NCBI RefSeq assembly: GCF_019464535.1
Contig: NZ_CP080507.1
Coordinates: 1,530,001 to 1,562,000, forward strand
Source of the DNA: Horticoccus luteus
GTDB lineage: Bacteria; Verrucomicrobiota; Verrucomicrobiia; Opitutales; Opitutaceae
Reading direction: 5' to 3'
DNA length: 32,000 nt
In this document: positions 26,930 to 32,000 of the stretch, one piece after another
Position numbering within the stretch: the first letter of the stretch is position 1
How the letters are laid out: each line of letters starts with the position of its first letter
Translations under genes and position numbers: made by a program
The notes under the pieces: generated by a model
Told to the model about the DNA's origin: nothing
Databases searched by the model: none
What the model saw: the letters and a program-made list of their open reading frames with translations, nothing else

Positions 26930-28516
26930 ATGAACAGCAGCGGCCGCCCGGTAAAGATCTACGACACCACATTGCGTGATGGCACGCAAGGAGAAGGGAT
27001 CAGTTTTTCAGTGACGGACAAGCTGTTGATCACGCAGCGGCTGGATGCATTTGGCGTGGATTACATCGAGGGAGGATTCCCTGGGTCCAACCCGCGCGAC
27101 ATCGCGTATTTCAACGAGGCGCGCGGGCTGAAATTGCAGCATGCGCGGCTGGCGGCCTTTGGATCGACGCGGCGCGCGGGGGTGAAGGCGAGCGAGGATG
27201 CGCAATTGCGCACGCTGCTGGACAGCGGCATGCCGGTGATGACGATTGTGGGCAAGACGTGGCAGTTGCACGTGACGGAAATCCTGCGCACGACGCCGGA
27301 GGAGAATCTCGCGATGATCGAGGACAGCGTGGCCTACCTCGTGGCGCAGGGGCGCGAAGTCGTTTACGACGCGGAGCACTTTTTCGACGGCTTCAAGAGC
27401 GATCCGGATTATGCGTTTCGGGTGCTGTCCGCGGCGCTGCGCGGCGGGGCCGGCCATGTGACGTTGTGCGATACGAACGGCGGCACGATGGTGGACGATT
27501 TTCAGCGGATTGTGGCGCAGGTCGTGGGCGAATTTGGCGGCGACAAGGTGGGGTTGCATTGCCACAACGACAGCGGGCTCGGGGTGGCGCTTTCGCTGGC
27601 GGGAATCACGGCCGGCGCCTCCATGGTGCAGGGCACGGTGAACGGTTACGGCGAACGCACGGGCAACACCAATCTCACGACGGTGCTGCCGAATCTGTTT
27701 CTCAAGATGGGCTGCACGGCGTCGTGTGCGGGAAATCTGGGGGAGTTGCGGGAGTTATCGTTGTTTTTTGATGAGCTGGCGAACCTGCGGCCGGACACGA
27801 AAGCACCGTATGTGGGGCTGTCGGCGTTTGCGCACAAAGGCGGACTGCATGCGAATGCGGCGCAAAAAGTGAAGAACAGCTATGAGCACATCGATCCGGC
27901 GCTGGTGGGAAACCAGACACGGGTGTTGGTCTCCGACATGGCGGGGCGCAGCAGCGTGGCGATGAAGGCGAAGGAATTGGGCTATGCGCTGGAAGAGAAA
28001 TCGGCGGAAATGAAACAGCTGATCGAGGAGCTGAAGGAACTGGAGTTTCGCGGCTACGAATTCGAGGCGGCGGATGCGTCGTTAAAGCTGCTGATCGCGA
28101 AGGCGCTGGGAGTGCACCGGCCGTTTTATGTGTTGGAAGGCTATCGCGTGATGATCGAGCGGCACGAGGGCGAGCTGTTCGCGGAGGCGACGGTGAAGGT
28201 GATGGTGAACGGGCAGCCGCTGCATACGGTGGCGGAATGCACCGGGCCGGTCGGGGCGCTGGACAAGGCCTTGCGGCTGGCGCTCGAGGGCATTTATCCG
28301 GAGCTGAAGGAAATGGAGCTGCGCGATTACAAGGTCCGCATTCTTGAGAGCCGTTCGGGTGCCAACAGTCGGACGCGCGTGCTCATCGAATCCGGCGACG
28401 CGCGCGCGGTGTGGGGAACGGTGGGCGTGAGCGACAATATCGTCGACGCGTCGGCCGAAGCGCTGACCGATGCAATTAATTTCAAATTGATGCTCAGCCG
28501 CGGCGGCGCGAAGTGA
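26930..28516 (+). CDS. cimA: (R)-Citramalate synthase / 2-isopropylmalate synthase family protein
   Basis: 528 aa with IYDTTLRDGTQGEG, LHCHNDSGLGVA, GTVNGYGERTGN and a C-terminal LeuA-dimer-like regulatory domain. The architecture and N-terminus match the CimA clade. CimA versus LeuA cannot be settled by eye. Confidence 0.75.
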   Translation: MNSSGRPVKIYDTTLRDGTQGEGISFSVTDKLLITQRLDAFGVDYIEGGFPGSNPRDIAYFNEARGLKLQHARLAAFGSTRRAGVKASEDAQLRTLLDSGMPVMTIVGKTWQLHVTEILRTTPEENLAMIEDSVAYLVAQGREVVYDAEHFFDGFKSDPDYAFRVLSAALRGGAGHVTLCDTNGGTMVDDFQRIVAQVVGEFGGDKVGLHCHNDSGLGVALSLAGITAGASMVQGTVNGYGERTGNTNLTTVLPNLFLKMGCTASCAGNLGELRELSLFFDELANLRPDTKAPYVGLSAFAHKGGLHANAAQKVKNSYEHIDPALVGNQTRVLVSDMAGRSSVAMKAKELGYALEEKSAEMKQLIEELKELEFRGYEFEAADASLKLLIAKALGVHRPFYVLEGYRVMIERHEGELFAEATVKVMVNGQPLHTVAECTGPVGALDKALRLALEGIYPELKEMELRDYKVRILESRSGANSRTRVLIESGDARAVWGTVGVSDNIVDASAEALTDAINFKLMLSRGGAK

Positions 28517-28706
28517 GTCGGCGGCGGCGCGGGCGGTCGCCGGCGGGCGGATTTGGGCGCGAGCGACAGGACGCTCGCGGCCGAACGACAACGGGGCGGT
28601 GAGGGTGCGCGCAGAGAGGTTCGCGAGGGCAACGGCCCTGAAGCGAAAAACGCCCAAGCGGCGGGCGGTGGTGTCAGCGCGGCGGGCGCGCAATTTTTCC
28701 GGCGCC

Positions 28707-28860
28707 GTGAGGTTTCCAGTGAGGAATGAGAATCGGGCAAATCAGCGCGAAATAGCCTGAATGAGCACGTAGGTCAGGCAGTTACGGAAAATCAGCGCGC
28801 CTCGCCGCGGGTTTGGAACGAATCGGCGCGATTCGGCCATTTTCCCGAAGGTTTGAGAAT
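28707..28860. repeat. Cluster of short direct and inverted repeats at the junction between cimA and the phage-like operon
   Basis: AAATCAGCGCG occurs at 28739-28749 and 28789-28799, exactly 50 bp apart, with the related AATCGGCGCG at 28821-28830. TGAGAATC occurs at 28727-28734 and 28853-28860. GAATGAG and GTGAGG each occur twice (GTGAGG 12 bp apart). There is a hairpin CGAATCG-GCG-CGATTCG at 28818-28834. Confidence 0.6.
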
Positions 28861-29504
28861 CACAGCGGCATTTCTGCCTGGCCGGCAGCCGCGTTGCAAG
28901 CGGCCTCCCGCGCCCTTGCACGGGCCGTGCGATCACGGAGGCTCGCACGCTTCACTTGGGCGACTTCACCGGCCCTGTCGGCCAGCAATTCCGTCAGCGA
29001 CGGTCTGCGCTGGCGCGCCTCGGCCGTGATCCCGAGGCCGGCGAGCACCGCGCCGAAGGACTGCGCGCCGTCGTCCGCGCCCGTGCGACGGGCGTGAGCT
29101 TGGATTTCCTCGGCGTGGGCGCCGACGTAGCGGCCGACCGCCGCCCGGAAATAAGGCCAGAAATCGTCGATCTTCCCGGCACGCTGCGCGGCAGCGAGCG
29201 GCGCGAGCATCCCCCGGACGTGCTTCGCGAGGGCATCGCCATCGAGCAGCCAGCCGCGCCCGCGGAGTTGCTTCGCGAGGCCGGTGATCTCGGCCGCGCA
29301 CTGCCGGACGAGCTTCGACCGGCGCACCGGGTCGGCCGGCCATTGCAGCGCCTTCTGCAACGTGCTGACGAGCCAGCGATCCCACGCGAGCAGGCGCTCG
29401 GCAGGATCGATCCCCGCACGCTCGCACATCCAACGTTCATCGGCCTCGGCTTGGTCGCGGCGCTGGTCGTCCCGCTCGTCGAGATATTGGCCGAGAATAT
29501 CCAT
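28860..29504 (-). CDS. Hypothetical all-helical protein (214 aa), last gene of the operon
   Basis: ORF MDILGQYLDERDDQRRDQAEADERWMCERAGIDPAERLLAWDRW... The start is 2 nt after the stop of the preceding gene. I recognise no motif. Coding is supported by operon packing and codon bias. Confidence 0.6.
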   Translation of the reverse strand: MDILGQYLDERDDQRRDQAEADERWMCERAGIDPAERLLAWDRWLVSTLQKALQWPADPVRRSKLVRQCAAEITGLAKQLRGRGWLLDGDALAKHVRGMLAPLAAAQRAGKIDDFWPYFRAAVGRYVGAHAEEIQAHARRTGADDGAQSFGAVLAGLGITAEARQRRPSLTELLADRAGEVAQVKRASLRDRTARARAREAACNAAAGQAEMPL

Positions 29505-29506
29505 GG

Positions 29507-29848
29507 CTACAGCCCCACCGGAGCGCGCCGGAAATAGATGCGGTCGGTCCGGATCACCTTGGCCAGCATGTCGCGCGCTTGGCTGCGCCGGGCGACGCGA
29601 TAGCGGTGATACTCCTCGGCCGTGCAGTCGGCCAGGAGCTTGTAACCGGGCGAGCCGGGGTAACTGATCACCACATCGCTGGCCGACGCCATTTCGCGGA
29701 CGAGCCGGTCATTCCACCGCGTGGCCTCGCAAATCTCGCGCGCCGTCATCCAGCCCTTGCCGCGCAGGAACTCCACCAGCGCGCTCGCATCGATCGCCTC
29801 CGGCTGCGCCGGGCGAAACGTGAGGTCGAGCTGCTCCGCGGAGGTCAT
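29507..29848 (-). CDS. Hypothetical protein (113 aa), possible winged-helix fold
   Basis: MTSAEQLDLTFRP...LVEFLRGKGWMTAREICEATRWNDRLVREMASASDVVISYPGSPGYKLL... The pattern GW-TA-EI...R-VR...GS-GY-L looks like a wHTH recognition helix plus wing. No firm family is assigned. Confidence 0.55.
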   Translation of the reverse strand: MTSAEQLDLTFRPAQPEAIDASALVEFLRGKGWMTAREICEATRWNDRLVREMASASDVVISYPGSPGYKLLADCTAEEYHRYRVARRSQARDMLAKVIRTDRIYFRRAPVGL

Positions 29849-29851
29849 CGC

Positions 29852-30409
29852 TCAAAACGGGTTGTCGCCCTCCGGCGGCTTGCGTTCAGCCCATTGCACA
29901 CGGCTGGCGATCGCGGCCTGTTTCTCGGCGTGGTCATACGACTGCTTGATGATGTCCTTCACCCGCTCCGGCGTGTGCATCTGCCGGCAGCGCCGCTCCA
30001 GCACGCCGATCAATTTCGGTATCTGCTCGTCCGTGAGTCTCTCGATTTCGTCGCTGGCGAAAAGGTTGCGGGCAATGCCCCTCAGATAACTCGACTCACG
30101 CCCGACATCGACGCCGATATGCAGGCTGAGGAAATGCATTCGAGCCGTCAATTTCACGAGCCGGAGGCGCGCCTGCTCGATCTGCCCGAGTTGCGCGTCG
30201 AGATCGCCCGGCGCGCTCTCCGCTAGGAGCGCCCCGAGGACATCGTCAAATTCCTTCTGCGTGAAGTCTCTCGACGAGCACGCGCGCCCGATGGTGCGGC
30301 GGTGCAGTTCGTAACGAGTGGCGTCATCGGCGGGCAGGCCACGCGCTGCGCGGGCTTTCATCCAGGCAGCGACGTGCACACGATATTTTTTGAGCTGGGG
30401 GGCGGTCAT
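29852..30409 (-). CDS. GemA/DUF1018-like phage regulatory protein (tentative)
   Basis: 185 aa. LKKYRVHVAAWMKARAARGLPADDATRYELHRRTIGRACSSRDFTQKEFDDVLGAL and, later, IARNLFASDEIERLTDEQIPKLIGVLERR resemble the two blocks of Mu gp16 GemA (IH-A...LG..D..YR..L....G..S...L...E...V; then L...Q..K.I.AL). The assignment is from memory, not from a search. Confidence 0.45.
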   Translation of the reverse strand: MTAPQLKKYRVHVAAWMKARAARGLPADDATRYELHRRTIGRACSSRDFTQKEFDDVLGALLAESAPGDLDAQLGQIEQARLRLVKLTARMHFLSLHIGVDVGRESSYLRGIARNLFASDEIERLTDEQIPKLIGVLERRCRQMHTPERVKDIIKQSYDHAEKQAAIASRVQWAERKPPEGDNPF

Positions 30410-30687
30410 TTGATTATTTCCACCACGTAGGCGGAGGGAGTGTCGTCGGGATCGGTGATCCGTTGAGGCCCGCCGAAGCGCTCCGCGAACGCCACGGCCT
30501 CGAAAAGCTGAAATCCCTTGTGGTGACGCTGCTCCAAACGGAGAAGCTCCGCCTCTGCCTGCTCACGCGACGACTGGAAAACGCTCGGCCGGTTTTCGGG
30601 CGGGATAAACTGGCCGTGCAAAGCGTCACCGCCCCACTCAGTGGCGATGATCACCCAGCGCTTTGTTGTCGGAGACGTTTCGTCCAT
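30406..30687 (-). CDS. Hypothetical protein (93 aa)
   Basis: MDETSPTTKRWVIIATEWGGDALHGQFIPPENRPSVFQSSREQAEAELLRLEQRHHKGF... Its stop overlaps the next start as ATGA (30406-30409). No recognisable family. Confidence 0.55.
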   Translation of the reverse strand: MDETSPTTKRWVIIATEWGGDALHGQFIPPENRPSVFQSSREQAEAELLRLEQRHHKGFQLFEAVAFAERFGGPQRITDPDDTPSAYVVEIIK

Positions 30688-30689
30688 GA

Positions 30690-30968
30690 TCAGAGGGTCG
30701 GTGGCGGCGCGTTGCGCAAGCGGTAGGTGTTCGCGGAACGATCGAACTCGAAGTCGTAGCGCAGGCGGTCGCGCATGAATTCCATGTCGCGCACTACGGT
30801 TTTACGGGCTACCTCGAAGCGCTGGGTCAGCCGCGTCGAATTGAACAGCACCCCGCGGCGCAGCAGGTCCGCGATGTGCATCATCCGCTCGATCGCGGGA
30901 CGCTGGTTAGGCGTCGCCGTGTGCCAGCCGTTGACGGCAAAGTAGGTTTTGCGCTCGCCGGGAGTCAT
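30690..30968 (-). CDS. Stand-alone HTH protein resembling the N-terminal HTH_11 domain of YafY/WYL regulators (no WYL domain)
   Basis: 92 aa. RPAIERMMHIADLLRRGVLFNSTRLTQRFEVARKTVVRDMEFMRDRLRYDFEFDRSANTYRL parallels the YafY-type pattern R-ERLL-I-LL......T--ELA--FEVS-RTI-RDI--L-....PI-YD....GY-L. Confidence 0.55.
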   Translation of the reverse strand: MTPGERKTYFAVNGWHTATPNQRPAIERMMHIADLLRRGVLFNSTRLTQRFEVARKTVVRDMEFMRDRLRYDFEFDRSANTYRLRNAPPPTL

Positions 30969-31288
30969 TGCGGTGAAGCATTCCTCCGCGCGATGGCGAG
31001 ATCATGCTGCAGTTGCGCGACCTTGTGCAGGAGACCGTCGAACTCTTCAGCAACCGCCCTGGCGCGCGCGGCCCTTTCCTGGTCGTCGGCCGAAGCGATC
31101 GACATGCGGATCGTGCCTTTGCCCAGCGTGGCGAGCGCCCGCTTCGATTTGATCAGCCGCCGCGCATGCAGGGCCAGCAGTCCACGCACGTTGACATCGA
31201 CATGGACGAGCACGATCTCCGCACCGGCGTCGACAAAGTGCATGCCGAGATTGGTGAAGACCGGAGATTTTTTCCCCTGCGGCGTCAT
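30965..31288 (-). CDS. Hypothetical protein (107 aa) with a C-terminal coiled-coil-like segment
   Basis: ORF 30965..31333 trimmed to ATG 31288 (MTPQGKKSPVFTNLGMHFVDAG...), because that ATG forms an ATGA overlap with the methyltransferase stop (31285-31288). A further ATGA overlap with the next gene lies at 30965-30968. Confidence 0.5.
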   Translation of the reverse strand: MTPQGKKSPVFTNLGMHFVDAGAEIVLVHVDVNVRGLLALHARRLIKSKRALATLGKGTIRMSIASADDQERAARARAVAEEFDGLLHKVAQLQHDLAIARRNASPQ

Positions 31289-31779
31289 GACTTTAGGAAC
31301 ACGAGCCAGTGCGTACGGGCGGTCGTGCCGCACCGTTGACCGAAGAGCGGCTTCTCCGGAGTGAGAGCGAGCACGGTCGCGACCGGCACGCGGTGCTCAT
31401 TCCATTTGAAGATCAGCGTTCCGCGCGGGGCCAAGACCCGGAAGCACTCTGCGAAGCCGGCGCGGATTTCCTCGCGCCAGTCCGCTTTCAGCGTCCCGTA
31501 TTTTTTGGCGGTCCATCCGTTGGGACCGGCGAAAGTGTGAGGCGGATCGAACACCACGAGTGTGAATGTCGCGGACGCGAACGGAAGTGCCTTGAAGTCG
31601 GCGAGCACGTCAGGGTTCACGACGATTTCGCGACGTCCCTCGCGCGTGTCAGCGGCGCACGTCTCGCGGCGCTTGTCCACGAAGAGCGCGCGGCCATCAG
31701 CTTTATCGAACCAAAACATTTTAGAGCCGCAGCAGGCGTCGAGCACTGTAGGCCCGTCTGGGATAGGGTTGGGCATCAT
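31285..31779 (-). CDS. Small SAM-dependent amino-methyltransferase, probably an orphan DNA methyltransferase
   Basis: 164 aa. Motif I-like VLDACCGSKMFWF is followed by the motif IV-like tetrapeptide in VVFDPPH ((D/N/S)PP(Y/F/W/H) class), then LIFKWN and HWLVF. No adjacent endonuclease-like ORF. Confidence 0.6.
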   Translation of the reverse strand: MMPNPIPDGPTVLDACCGSKMFWFDKADGRALFVDKRRETCAADTREGRREIVVNPDVLADFKALPFASATFTLVVFDPPHTFAGPNGWTAKKYGTLKADWREEIRAGFAECFRVLAPRGTLIFKWNEHRVPVATVLALTPEKPLFGQRCGTTARTHWLVFLKS

Positions 31780-31973
31780 GGCCGCGTGATTTTCTCCAGG
31801 ACGAAGTCGCGCTCGGCGGCGGTCGTGAACTCAGTCGCGCCCGTGGGCATCGCGATCGGATGGAAGACGCCCGTGTTGATGCTCTGCACTTCGATGGTGT
31901 TACCCGCGCCTGCCCGCACCGCGTGGCCTTCGCGCCGCGCGATCTCGCGCACGAGCGCGATCCACTCGGGCAT
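31776..31973 (-). CDS. Hypothetical protein (at least 65 aa; the frame stays open to the window end)
   Basis: MPEWIALVREIARREGHAVRAGAGNTIEVQSINTGVFHPIAMPTGATEF... Its stop overlaps the methyltransferase ATG as ATGA (31776-31779). The nine codons upstream of the ATG (PPPVTAASL) contain no stop, so the true start may lie beyond 32000. Confidence 0.45.
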   Translation of the reverse strand: MPEWIALVREIARREGHAVRAGAGNTIEVQSINTGVFHPIAMPTGATEFTTAAERDFVLEKITRP

Positions 31974-32000
31974 GAGCGAGGCGGCGGTGACGGGTGGCGG

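Larger units (their letters stand above)
28700..32000 (-). mobile_element. Edge of a phage-like / mobile module (partial; continues beyond the window end)
   Basis: Eight co-directional small ORFs with ATGA overlaps or 2-3 nt gaps. More A/T at third codon positions than the flanking core genes, judged by eye. It contains phage-typical families (GemA/DUF1018-like, orphan methyltransferase, small HTH). A repeat-rich junction follows directly after a housekeeping gene. No integrase or transposase is present in the window. Confidence 0.45.

Noticed and set aside
28742-28948. 68-aa minus-strand ORF spanning the junction repeats, and plus-strand ORFs inside the phage-like operon (28813..29097, 28956..29537, 29579..30226, 30876..31364, 31004..31339)
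   Set aside because: They overlap the tightly packed minus-strand operon in other frames. Their translations are Arg/Leu/His-rich shadow text with no start-context or coupling logic.
1-32000. Search for CRISPR arrays, rRNA genes, IS elements or transposases, integrases, retron/DGR-type reverse transcriptases and toxin-antitoxin pairs
   Set aside because: No regularly spaced 25-40 bp repeats, no rRNA-like stretches, and no DDE, tyrosine/serine recombinase or RT motifs (YxDD) were seen in any credible ORF. The only RNA gene found is tRNA-Val. This was an inspection by eye, so small or degenerate elements may have been missed.

Overview
High-GC bacterial chromosomal segment. Two PEP-CTERM proteins, several large glycan-active enzymes and weak or absent Shine-Dalgarno sites suggest a Verrucomicrobiota (Opitutaceae-like) genome; that assignment is inference only. 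About 1-28.5 kb is ordinary core or accessory chromosome. It carries a lactonase (partial), a CoA-transferase, tdk, a GH95-like hydrolase, tRNA-Val(GAC), recN, an ACE-like M2 peptidase, lysA, a divergent DUF5703-like hydrolase / heparinase II/III-like pair, guaB, menC-menE plus a convergent DHNA-CoA-type thioesterase, PolX, an SMR exporter, Xaa-Pro aminopeptidase, a USP and citramalate synthase. The most unusual part is the last ~3.3 kb (about 28.7-32.0 kb, running off the window). It holds eight co-directional, very tightly packed small genes on the minus strand; four junctions are ATGA start/stop overlaps and three are 2-3 nt gaps. Composition looks lower in GC by eye. Only three products are tentatively recognisable: a small orphan SAM-dependent methyltransferase, a stand-alone YafY/WYL-type HTH lacking the WYL domain, and a GemA/DUF1018-like protein. 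The operon ends in a comparatively AT-rich junction packed with short direct repeats right after cimA. I read this as the edge of a phage-like, possibly Mu/BcepMu-like transposable, or otherwise uncharacterised mobile module. No integrase, transposase, CRISPR array, rRNA or IS element is visible in the window. Many long antisense shadow ORFs in the track are GC-composition artefacts and were rejected. All family calls rest on motifs read by eye; no searches were run.
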